A stretch of DNA of 32,000 nucleotides from Pyrobaculum aerophilum str. IM2 (GTDB lineage: Archaea; Thermoproteota; Thermoprotei; Thermoproteales; Thermoproteaceae), in assembly GCF_000007225.1 (NCBI RefSeq), contig NC_003364.1, positions 1,380,001 to 1,412,000 of the forward strand, read 5' to 3'. Of this stretch, positions 1-7,005 are shown piece after piece. The notes under the pieces are model-generated. The model had not been told where the DNA came from and ran no database searches. It saw nothing but the letters and a program-made list of their open reading frames with translations. Positions within the stretch are counted from its first letter, which is position 1. Every line of letters begins with the position of its first letter. The position numbers were made by a program, and so were the translations under genes.

Positions 1-2
1 TA

Positions 3-695
3 ATGGCGGTTATCATTAGGGCTGTGTCCGTATTCCTCGGCTCTTTATTTATCACTGGAAACCCTAGGCTCTCGGCCAATATAGCCACGTCTACTGCGCA
101 CATCTCCGAGCTCTCGTTGTCAATTCCCATTTTGGCGTATAACTTCGGCGTTGTTAAGAACGCCGAGTTAGTATTTGCCCTCTCCACGGCGCCTATGTTG
201 ACTTTATTCATAGCGCCACTGTTATGGCGACAGCGCCATTTAGTAGAAGAATACGCAGGTAAAAGAATAAAGGAGCTGAAAGCCACAGTTGCCTACGAGA
301 GGCTGTACAGAGTAGTGACACATGCCTTTATAACGGCGGCAAAACTGGCCGTGTTGATGGTCGCCATAGCGCTGGCCGTCGGTTATTTGGGCTTGGCGTC
401 ACTAGCAGTTCTCATACCCTCCTCTTATTTCTTTGTGAAATATTCCAGGGAGATTTACAAAGATCTATTAATAGCGTTGCGAGAACTAGAAGAGGCGCGT
501 TATGCCAGTATAGCAGTTTTAACATCCACGTTATCGCTGGCGCTTTACGTGGCAGTAGTTCTCTTGCAACCCGTATTGCAAGAACATATATACATAGTCG
601 TCTTCATAATGGGCATATTAGGCTATTCTCTTTACGTAATTTACCGGGAGTTACAAAGAGAGCGCACAATACGGTTGAGCTCGTCTACGACATAG
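3..695 (+). CDS. Polytopic membrane protein of unknown function (230 aa)
   Basis: Complete ORF. The ATG at 3-5 overlaps a TAA at 1-3 (TAATG), so it may be coupled to a gene upstream of the window. Several long hydrophobic segments (AVSVFLGSLFITG, LAVLMVAIALAVGYLGLASLAVLI, YIVVFIMGILGYSLYVIY). No catalytic motif recognised. Confidence 0.6.
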   Translation: MAVIIRAVSVFLGSLFITGNPRLSANIATSTAHISELSLSIPILAYNFGVVKNAELVFALSTAPMLTLFIAPLLWRQRHLVEEYAGKRIKELKATVAYERLYRVVTHAFITAAKLAVLMVAIALAVGYLGLASLAVLIPSSYFFVKYSREIYKDLLIALRELEEARYASIAVLTSTLSLALYVAVVLLQPVLQEHIYIVVFIMGILGYSLYVIYRELQRERTIRLSSSTT

Positions 696-988
696 CGGTA
701 AAAATCATCGGCAGGCAGGGAGAGCTCTGTGCATTTATCCACAGACGCGCGAAACGCCCTGGCGAGATGATAGTCCAAACCTGTAATACTTTCCGGGTCT
801 ACCTCTACCTCTGGCAGTATTAAAGAAATAAGGGCTATGTGGCGGGCGTGTAGCCTAGCTGCTCTTTCCCGCTCCTCTTTAATATACTCAGAATCGGCAA
901 GGGAAAAGGCCTTCTCTCTATGCACTTCTGCTAACGCGTCTTTTACTCGCGCAATGTCGCGCCTTTTTAAAATTTCTTCAATTTCCAC
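641..988 (-). CDS. Hypothetical helical protein (115 aa)
   Basis: GTG start at 988 with a TATA-like box 16-28 nt upstream. Charged, helix-like composition (EEILKRRDIARVKDALAEVHREKA). The 3' end overlaps the convergent gene by 55 nt. No family recognised. Confidence 0.5.
   Translation of the reverse strand: MEIEEILKRRDIARVKDALAEVHREKAFSLADSEYIKEERERAARLHARHIALISLILPEVEVDPESITGLDYHLARAFRASVDKCTELSLPADDFYRYVVDELNRIVRSLCNSR
845..867. repeat. Direct repeat copy 1 (inside the 115-aa gene)
   Basis: ggcgtgtagcctagcTgctCttt is 21/23 identical to 1197-1219, and the first 15 nt are exact. Confidence 0.7.
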
Positions 989-1003
989 AGAGTTGCAACT
1001 CCA

Positions 1004-1016
1004 TTAAATTATTAAG
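1004..1016 (-). promoter_or_regulatory. TATA-like box for the 115-aa gene
   Basis: AT-only run ttaaattattaa, 16-28 nt upstream of the GTG at 988. Spacing fits a leaderless archaeal promoter. Confidence 0.45.
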
Positions 1017-1196
1017 TATTAGAGCGCTGTCAGCTGTCTTGCTCTTGTAGCGGAATAGATGGCGTGGAGCCCCGTATTCGCAATCAACAGCCGCTTTTAA
1101 GACGTCGTGAATGAGTTTGCGAAAAATGGCTATTGTCCGCCTGTGGGGAGCGTCTTATGAGCCGGTTGCGAATTTCATTGTGCTCTATCGCCATAA

Positions 1197-1219
1197 GGCG
1201 TGTAGCCTAGCCGCTGTTT
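1197..1219. repeat. Direct repeat copy 2 (intergenic)
   Basis: ggcgtgtagcctagcCgctGttt, in the same orientation as copy 1 and 352 nt downstream of it. Confidence 0.7.
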
Positions 1220-1280
1220 GAAGAAAAACATGACATTCAATAACACCGCCGTTGCTCTATATCGCTAATAATACAATTCC

Positions 1281-1289
1281 TTTTTTTAA
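1281..1289 (+). promoter_or_regulatory. TATA-like box for the 322-aa orphan gene
   Basis: tttttttaa lies 21-29 nt upstream of the GTG at 1310. Confidence 0.45.
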
Positions 1290-1309
1290 CTCCGTGCGGC
1301 ATCTAATGC

Positions 1310-2278
1310 GTGGTGTTAGTACGCGTAGGCGATTATGAGGAGAATATTATCACAGTAGAGGATCTTGAGCAATTCTGTAGAAAACTCAGAGAGGAGTTGC
1401 ACAAGTCTGAGTGCCAATATAACTCTTGGTATATTCGAGTCCCGCCCGAGAGGCTGTTTGCGTTGTTGAAAAAAGCATATATGAAATACGCCCAGGGCGT
1501 GCTAAACGCCAGCGACGTCATTGCTGAGTTTTTGGACGAGTATAAACTGTCTAGAAGCCTCGCCAGGACTATAACTCCCACGCTGAGCTCCCTGGGCTTG
1601 ACAACGGCGGGAAAATTTACTGCAGTTGCCATTGAGTTGGGCAAGTTATTACACGAGGGAAGGCTAGAGGAGGCCAAGGAAAAGCTCCGCGTGTTGTTCG
1701 CCAAAAACTGCGTATTGAAGGAGATACTTGAGAGGGCCGCGGATTGCTCAGAGCTGGAGAAGTCTGTGGCAATAGTGCTGACGGGGTATGGCAAAAGCAT
1801 AAGATTTGATGAGTTGAAGTACACAACAGAGCTTTTACGCATGGCGCATCCCAAGTGTGAAAATTGCGACATGTCCTGCGTCACAAGGGATAAAATTATT
1901 CACTGTATTGAGAAGATTATTCAACTGTCGGCCCCCCATATGAGAGAGCTATTCGAGAAACTGGATATTACGCTCTTGCCAGAGCATTTAGAATACGTGC
2001 GTAAAGACGGCTTTACATTCTCTATTAACGTAAGGGGGACTGATAAAATCATAGGGAAGATATTAATAGGCCCTCCAATTGAAAGCGTCCATTTGGCGCA
2101 ATTGAAAAGCTCTTTGGCAAAACTAGATGAAAATATTGCAGAAGGAGTTTATGAAGTCTATGTAAAAATTATCCCTATTTTAGAAGGCGAGGAGAAGTGT
2201 AAATCCATGAAGTTATTATTAGAAGTTGTGAGAGGCGACTTGGAAAGAGTCTCTAAAATTGTAAAAATCAGCTCCTAA
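1310..2278 (+). CDS. Orphan protein (322 aa) with an internal Cys/His cluster
   Basis: GTG start at 1310 with tttttttaa 21-29 nt upstream. E/K/L-rich composition typical of a real thermophile protein, whereas the 183-aa antisense ORF is S/L/F-rich. Cluster H-x2-C-x2-C-x3-C-x7-HC (HPKCENCDMSCVTRDKIIHC). No family recognised. Confidence 0.6.
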   Translation: MVLVRVGDYEENIITVEDLEQFCRKLREELHKSECQYNSWYIRVPPERLFALLKKAYMKYAQGVLNASDVIAEFLDEYKLSRSLARTITPTLSSLGLTTAGKFTAVAIELGKLLHEGRLEEAKEKLRVLFAKNCVLKEILERAADCSELEKSVAIVLTGYGKSIRFDELKYTTELLRMAHPKCENCDMSCVTRDKIIHCIEKIIQLSAPHMRELFEKLDITLLPEHLEYVRKDGFTFSINVRGTDKIIGKILIGPPIESVHLAQLKSSLAKLDENIAEGVYEVYVKIIPILEGEEKCKSMKLLLEVVRGDLERVSKIVKISS

Positions 2279-3086
2279 TTACGTGAGTTGTCTCAAAAGT
2301 CCTCACGGCGAATAATTTACCCCTGACATAGGCCCTCACCTCAACGTAAGGCGCCAGGCCAGAGGTGGCGATTTTCTGCCCCAAAACTGTGTCTACTTGA
2401 AACACGCCTGTCTCATTAGCCATATACACATTAATCGCCAGCGGCCTCGCCTCGTTGGCCACTAACTCAACGCGCTCAATAGCCATGGCGCTTAGGGCGT
2501 GGATATCGTTTTTTCCAGCCCTATAGGGATACCGCGCCCTGCCGCTGCTCATGTCTGTGCCGTCTGCTATTTTTGCACACGCCGCTTCAAAAGTCAAACA
2601 GTTATACGCCTCGTCGTGGCAAAAAACAGCGTGCATAATCTCCTGTTTTAACATGTACATTTTTTCAGTACTGCCGTAAATTTTAGAGAGTATTTTCTCG
2701 GCTATTCTGTCTGTTAACACGGCAGAGTAAATAGGGTGGTGAGTTCTGTGAACCGAGTTGCCAATGTCGTGGAGATAAGCCCCCATTAGAGTCACAATTA
2801 TGGAGTCCTCCCAATCGCCCACGCCGTCGGCTACAACGCTGGGCTTAAACCCCTTTTCCGTGAGAATTTTATAAATAGCCAATGCGCTTCCGGCAACAAT
2901 TCTAGAGTGTACGGGTCCGTGGTCGTTATATCTGAGTCTCTGCACTGCGAAGACGTTGGCCATTTTTAAATAGGCTTGAACTTCCGTATCGCTTGTTAAA
3001 AGCTCCCAGACCTTCTTTACTTTTTCACTATCGGGTAGCACTTTTTCTATAAGTTTCACGCCGACTTCATATGTCAGTGTCTGCAC
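2268..3086 (-). CDS. HD-domain metal-dependent phosphohydrolase
   Basis: The H...HD signature is present (NDHGPVHSRIV ... AYLHDIGNSVHR). GTG start with cttttaatag-like TATA 20-29 nt upstream. Confidence 0.8.
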   Translation of the reverse strand: MQTLTYEVGVKLIEKVLPDSEKVKKVWELLTSDTEVQAYLKMANVFAVQRLRYNDHGPVHSRIVAGSALAIYKILTEKGFKPSVVADGVGDWEDSIIVTLMGAYLHDIGNSVHRTHHPIYSAVLTDRIAEKILSKIYGSTEKMYMLKQEIMHAVFCHDEAYNCLTFEAACAKIADGTDMSSGRARYPYRAGKNDIHALSAMAIERVELVANEARPLAINVYMANETGVFQVDTVLGQKIATSGLAPYVEVRAYVRGKLFAVRTFETTHVIRS

Positions 3087-3174
3087 TCTAAGTAATTTTA
3101 TGCGTCTATTAAAAGATTTATGCGCACATCAAAATGACGCCTTTGGCTATAGCCTGGAGAGAAGGAGGGAGGTG

Positions 3175-3185
3175 TTTTTTATATA
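3175..3185 (+). promoter_or_regulatory. TATA-like box for cutA
   Basis: ttttttatata lies 21-31 nt upstream of the ATG at 3206. Confidence 0.5.
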
Positions 3186-3205
3186 CTTCAAAAATAGCCT
3201 CTATT

Positions 3206-3517
3206 ATGTATAGTGTTGTATTAATTACGGCTCCAGATAGAGAAACGGCAAAAAAAGTGGCACGGCACGTTTTAGAAAAGCGACTAGCGGCATGTGTAAA
3301 TATGGCGGGCGTGTCGTCTATGTACTGGTGGGAGGGTAAAATAGAGGAGGCCGACGAAGTGTTGTTAATTGTTAAGACAAGTGCAGATAAAGTTGAGGAG
3401 CTTATAAAAGAGGTGAAGGCTATACACCCCTATCAAGTGCCTGAAATAATAGCGTTGCCAATAGCCTCTGGCTACAGGGAATATTTAAAATGGGTAGAGA
3501 GGGAGACCCATGCCTAG
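3206..3517 (+). CDS. cutA: Divalent-cation tolerance protein CutA
   Basis: VVLITAPDRETAKKVARHVLEKRLAACVN ... YWWEGKIEEADEVLLIVKT matches the CutA1 pattern. I prefer the ATG at 3206 over the ORF-track start at 3134, because ttttttatata (3175-3185) lies 21-31 nt upstream of 3206 and CutA proteins are about 100 aa. Confidence 0.85.
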   Translation: MYSVVLITAPDRETAKKVARHVLEKRLAACVNMAGVSSMYWWEGKIEEADEVLLIVKTSADKVEELIKEVKAIHPYQVPEIIALPIASGYREYLKWVERETHA

Positions 3518-4745
3518 CGTGTTGTGGGTGTTATTTGACGGAGGCGCCGACAGGCCCGTTGGCAGAAAAACGCCGTTTTATGTGGCGTTTAAGCCAACAA
3601 TTGACTACTTGTCCTCTTTGGGATCTTGCGGAATGCTTGACCCCATATCTCCGGGGATCCGGCCCGGTTCGGATACAGCACATTTAGCGCTGTTTGGATA
3701 CGATCCGTATAAATACTACACTGGCCGCGGCGCTTTTGAAGCCCTGGGGGCAGACGTGGCTTTAAAACCCGGCGATGTGGCTTTCAGAACAAATCTCGCC
3801 ACAGTTGACGAGGCGGGGGTGGTTATAGACAGGCGTGCCGGCCGTTATATTGCCCCTGAAGAAGCCAGGTCGGTGGAGGAAGTAATAAATAAAATTGGCG
3901 AAGAGATAGGCAAGAAATACGGCGTGGATGTTTTTTATAAGTCGACGGTGGAACACAGAGGAGTGTTAGTTATCCGAGGCCCAGTGAGCCACCGCGTTAG
4001 CGACACAGACCCCCACAGAGTGGGGGCTAAAATTCTGCGGTCTGAGCCCTTGGAGAGAAGCAAAGAGGCGGCTTTAACAGCGGAGGTGGTAAATGAAATT
4101 ACGCTGCGCTTTATGGAGATCTCTAAGGAGTTAGAAATAAACAAGGCCAGAAGATTACAAGGCAAGTTGCCGATAAACGCAATTTTGCTTAGAGGCGGCG
4201 GCTACATGCCTCAAATTGAGCCAATAAGAGAGAAGTATAACATTAGAGCCGCGGCGATTGCCGGAGTTGCTTTGATAAGAGGAGTAGCCCGCGCAGTTGG
4301 TATGGATGTCTATACAGCCCCAGGGCTCGGCGGCACGAAAGACGACGTGTTTGACCAAGCTGTTAAACTCGCCGTTGAGTTAATGTCTAAATACGACGTT
4401 GTTTTCCTACACGTAAAGGGCACAGACAGCACTAGTCACGACGGGGACTTCAACGGAAAAGTATCTGTAATTGAGAGACTAGACAAAGCCCTAGCCCCGT
4501 ATTTAGACAAGCTGTTAAACAATTACTTCGTCGTGACGTCAGATCACGCCACGCCGGTGAGCGTAAAGGAACACACGGGCGAGCCCGTGCCGATATTGCT
4601 ATACGGGCCAGACGTTGTGCAAGACGACGTTAGTAAATTTTCCGAACTCACCTGTTGGAGAGGAGCATTGGGGAGGATAAGAGGAATAGACGTAATGCCA
4701 ATACTCGGCAGTTATTTAGGCTTAACGGAAAAATTCGGCGAGTAA
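3510..4745 (+). CDS. apgM: 2,3-bisphosphoglycerate-independent phosphoglycerate mutase, archaeal type
   Basis: LFDGGADRP at the N-terminus, [13 protein letters not shown] and TSDHATP metal/phosphoserine-site motifs, and a length of 411 aa all fit archaeal ApgM. Overlaps the cutA stop by 8 nt. Confidence 0.9.
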   Translation: MPSVLWVLFDGGADRPVGRKTPFYVAFKPTIDYLSSLGSCGMLDPISPGIRPGSDTAHLALFGYDPYKYYTGRGAFEALGADVALKPGDVAFRTNLATVDEAGVVIDRRAGRYIAPEEARSVEEVINKIGEEIGKKYGVDVFYKSTVEHRGVLVIRGPVSHRVSDTDPHRVGAKILRSEPLERSKEAALTAEVVNEITLRFMEISKELEINKARRLQGKLPINAILLRGGGYMPQIEPIREKYNIRAAAIAGVALIRGVARAVGMDVYTAPGLGGTKDDVFDQAVKLAVELMSKYDVVFLHVKGTDSTSHDGDFNGKVSVIERLDKALAPYLDKLLNNYFVVTSDHATPVSVKEHTGEPVPILLYGPDVVQDDVSKFSELTCWRGALGRIRGIDVMPILGSYLGLTEKFGE

Positions 4746-5032
4746 TGGCCGTAATTCCGCTGGAGAGGTTGAGGAAGGCGTTGGAAGAAGTGGGGGGACA
4801 GATTTGGTTTTTTATTGATTTAGAGCCATTCCGCACCGTTTATACGCTGGCTCTCTGCGGAGGAAATCCCTGCGTCGTTATATCCGGCCAAGACATGTCG
4901 CCCGTACAGCTCACACTAGAGGAGTATTTGAAAATTGAGAATAACCAAAAGCGCTTAGCCAGTTTGGAGTATACTATTCATTACTTGTTAAATAAGATTT
5001 ACGGGGATTCGGGCGGCCACTCTGTTAATTAA
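4745..5032 (+). CDS. Small hypothetical protein (95 aa) translationally coupled to apgM
   Basis: An in-frame ATG at 4745 forms TAATG with the apgM stop. The longer ORF-track start (4655) would lie inside apgM. No family recognised. Confidence 0.5.
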   Translation: MAVIPLERLRKALEEVGGQIWFFIDLEPFRTVYTLALCGGNPCVVISGQDMSPVQLTLEEYLKIENNQKRLASLEYTIHYLLNKIYGDSGGHSVN

Positions 5033-5608
5033 ATGTTTTGCAACTGCTAGCTTTTTACGTTTAATTTCGTCGCTACGTTTAAGCGGTATGTGAGGATAAA
5101 ACCCAGATATAGTCAGCTCCCTAGCGCCTAAGTAGTAGGCCATATAAACTGCCCTGTCGCCGTCAGTAAAACCTGAAAAGTTAACTGTGCAGCCTGTCGG
5201 CCAAGTCTGCACGGAATACACATAATCCCCTTTGGGAATGCGCCAGTAGTTATCTCCGTGTGCGTGTACCACGGCTATTCTCCCCAGCGCCGTTCCCTCA
5301 GGTTCGAAGTCCCAGTCTGTGACTACCACATCTGCCCTCACCCCGCGCCTGTATAACTTCTTGGCAGTGTACCCCTCCACGGCCACTACCACGCTGCCGT
5401 TCACAACTTGTTCAAACGGCGGCATGTATATCACAGGGCAACACCAGTCGAGGTCCTTTAAAACTTCGTAAGAGATGTGGGCATATTTACCGGCTAGCTC
5501 TGCGGCATCCCAATCTCTGTGAAAAGATAGCTCTGGCAATGTTTTTTTGGCTAAGACATATACATATGCCCATTCCAGCGGGTCAAATATTGTGGATTTA
5601 CACGACAC
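4988..5608 (-). CDS. DUF115 / 6-hydroxymethylpterin diphosphokinase MptE-like protein
   Basis: VVVTDWDFEPEG and AVVHAHGDNYW resemble, from memory, the acidic-loop and HAHGDN motifs of the DUF115/MptE family. Size is about 200 aa. The assignment needs an HMM check. Confidence 0.55.
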   Translation of the reverse strand: MSCKSTIFDPLEWAYVYVLAKKTLPELSFHRDWDAAELAGKYAHISYEVLKDLDWCCPVIYMPPFEQVVNGSVVVAVEGYTAKKLYRRGVRADVVVTDWDFEPEGTALGRIAVVHAHGDNYWRIPKGDYVYSVQTWPTGCTVNFSGFTDGDRAVYMAYYLGARELTISGFYPHIPLKRSDEIKRKKLAVAKHLINRVAARIPVNLI

Positions 5609-6752
5609 GCCCCCTCGTCTCCGGCAACAGCAAGATTAACGCGGAGGCCACTAACCACGCAATTGCTATTATCAAAAGGGCTGTAGAGGCGTATAGCGGA
5701 TAGAGGAGGGGTCCGAGAATCATCCCAATTCTTGCCGCAGAGCCGGCGAGCCCCGTGGCGATGCCTCTTACAGATGTCGGAAACAGCTCAGGCGTGTAGG
5801 CATATACCACGCCCCAGACGCCGAGGTTGAAGAAATTTAAAGCCAAGGCCCAGAGTAAAAGCTCGGCGTAAGAGTTGCTTGAAATAAAAAATGCCGCTGA
5901 GAGGGCCGAGAGGGCGAAGTATAAAGATCCCACCGGCCTGCGCCCAGCCTTTTCAACTAAGTACGCCGCAGAAAAATACCCCGGTAATTGCGCCAGCGTT
6001 GTTAAGAACATAAACTCATAGGTGCCCACTTGGGTAAACCCCCTTTCTCTAACTAACATAGTGGGAAGCCAGAGAAATGCCCCGTAGTAGCCAAAGGCTA
6101 AGAGGAACCACACAGCGCCGACTAATGTCAAACGCCTTACGAATTCTCCAATTATCCGCGTTTCAAATAAGCCGCCCCTTTGCTCTCTTAATTCAAGCCA
6201 TCGTTGCGACTCAGGAAGCGTAAAGCGAATTACAAACACGTAAAAAGCAGTTGCTCCCATTAACAAAAGCGACGATCTCCACCCAATAGTGGTGAATAGA
6301 AATAGCGAAATAGCCGCAGCGAGTATGGCGCCTAGCGACCAAAAACTCTCTAATAATACCACGTTTCTCCCCCTCCTCTCAGGCGGGGAGTTTTCTGATA
6401 CGTAAGTGGCAACCACCGGCAACTCTCCGCCTAACCCCAGCCCAACAAAAAACCTGATAACTGCAAACTCTTGCCAATTTCTCGCAAAAGCCGAAATAGC
6501 TGTCGCTATGCTGTACGTGAGAAGAGTGGACATAAACACTTTTTTCCTACCCACTCTGTCCGCCAGCCGGCCGAATAACATCGCCCCAATTAACATTCCA
6601 AGGTTATTTGCCAGCACAATCCAATTCTTTGCCTGGGAGTCCAGCTTAAGCTCGTTTGACATAGCCACTAAGAGATAGGAGAGGATCAATACATCAAGGG
6701 CATCAAACATCCAGCCAAGTCCGGTGTATAGTACGAGCCGCCCTTCTTTCAT
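5598..6752 (-). CDS. Major facilitator superfamily transporter
   Basis: About 12 hydrophobic helices. An MFS loop motif (GRLADRVGRKKV) follows TM2, and a second one (VEKAGRRP) is in the C-terminal half. A TATA-like box lies 22-32 nt upstream of the ATG at 6752. Confidence 0.85.
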   Translation of the reverse strand: MKEGRLVLYTGLGWMFDALDVLILSYLLVAMSNELKLDSQAKNWIVLANNLGMLIGAMLFGRLADRVGRKKVFMSTLLTYSIATAISAFARNWQEFAVIRFFVGLGLGGELPVVATYVSENSPPERRGRNVVLLESFWSLGAILAAAISLFLFTTIGWRSSLLLMGATAFYVFVIRFTLPESQRWLELREQRGGLFETRIIGEFVRRLTLVGAVWFLLAFGYYGAFLWLPTMLVRERGFTQVGTYEFMFLTTLAQLPGYFSAAYLVEKAGRRPVGSLYFALSALSAAFFISSNSYAELLLWALALNFFNLGVWGVVYAYTPELFPTSVRGIATGLAGSAARIGMILGPLLYPLYASTALLIIAIAWLVASALILLLPETRGRVV

Positions 6753-6773
6753 CTCAGCTATTCAAAGATACAG

Positions 6774-6784
6774 TTTAAAAAATA
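6774..6784 (-). promoter_or_regulatory. TATA-like box for the MFS transporter gene
   Basis: tttaaaaaata (palindrome-like) lies 22-32 nt upstream of the ATG at 6752. Confidence 0.5.
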
Positions 6785-7005
6785 GTTAGCGGGTGAGATG
6801 GGCCTAAAAGTGGTAAATGGCTGGGAAAGTGTTCCCTTAAGCTCGAATATATTATTACGCAATGGCTTTTTGGCGTAATCGGTAGCACCTCATTCCTTAG
6901 TCGCCGCGGCGCGGTTCCCAGAGCTGGTATTTGTCTGCACTTCTTATTAAAAATAGCGACAGGTAATTTTGCTGAGGGCAGATCTTCCAAGAGGGCGTGG
7001 TGGGC

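Noticed and set aside
1333-1884. A 183-aa ORF antisense to the 322-aa orphan gene, and similar long antisense ORFs at 14280-14852, 15164-15577, 7931-8284 and 12466-12792.
   Set aside because: Their translations are Ser/Leu/Phe/Pro-rich and low-complexity, as expected for the reverse frame of Glu/Lys/Leu-rich thermophile genes. They have no TATA-like box at the right distance and no motifs. The sense-strand proteins look native or carry clear motifs.
3145-3154. The 10-bp perfect palindrome ggctatagcc upstream of the cutA TATA box.
   Set aside because: A 10-bp palindrome is expected about 30 times by chance in 32 kb, and there is nothing else to support an operator role here.
3134-3205. N-terminal extensions offered by the ORF track: cutA from 3134, the small ORF from 4655, the RHH gene from GTG 21432, the helicase from TTG 26830, the LAGLIDADG-like gene from TTG 17717, the 2H gene from 18174, and the NADH oxidase 'start' at TTG 31966.
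   Set aside because: In each case a downstream ATG either has a TATA-like box 20-30 nt upstream or forms a stop/start overlap with the preceding gene. The extension adds non-conserved residues or overlaps a well-supported neighbouring CDS. For the NADH oxidase, the frame stays open to the window edge.
5301-5313. ggttcgaagtccc resembles a tRNA T-arm/T-loop (GGTTCGAAxCC).
   Set aside because: The flanking sequence cannot form the T-stem, acceptor stem or D-arm, and it sits inside the DUF115 CDS. I found no tRNA-like cloverleaf in any of the larger spacers (989-1309, 6753-7005, 15789-15987).
6775-6990. A 71-aa ORF filling the dtdA/MFS spacer.
   Set aside because: Its only start is TTG with no TATA-like box at the right distance. 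The sequence is Pro/Leu/Ser-rich with no hydrophobic or structural pattern. I treat the region as non-coding (see the finding at 6785-7005).
6798-7002. The octamer tgggccta occurs at both ends of the 6753-7005 spacer (6798-6805 and 6995-7002), which could be read as target-site or att-like direct repeats.
   Set aside because: By my estimate an exact 8-mer pair within a 250-nt region is expected by chance about half the time. There is no extension of identity and no mobile-element gene between the copies.
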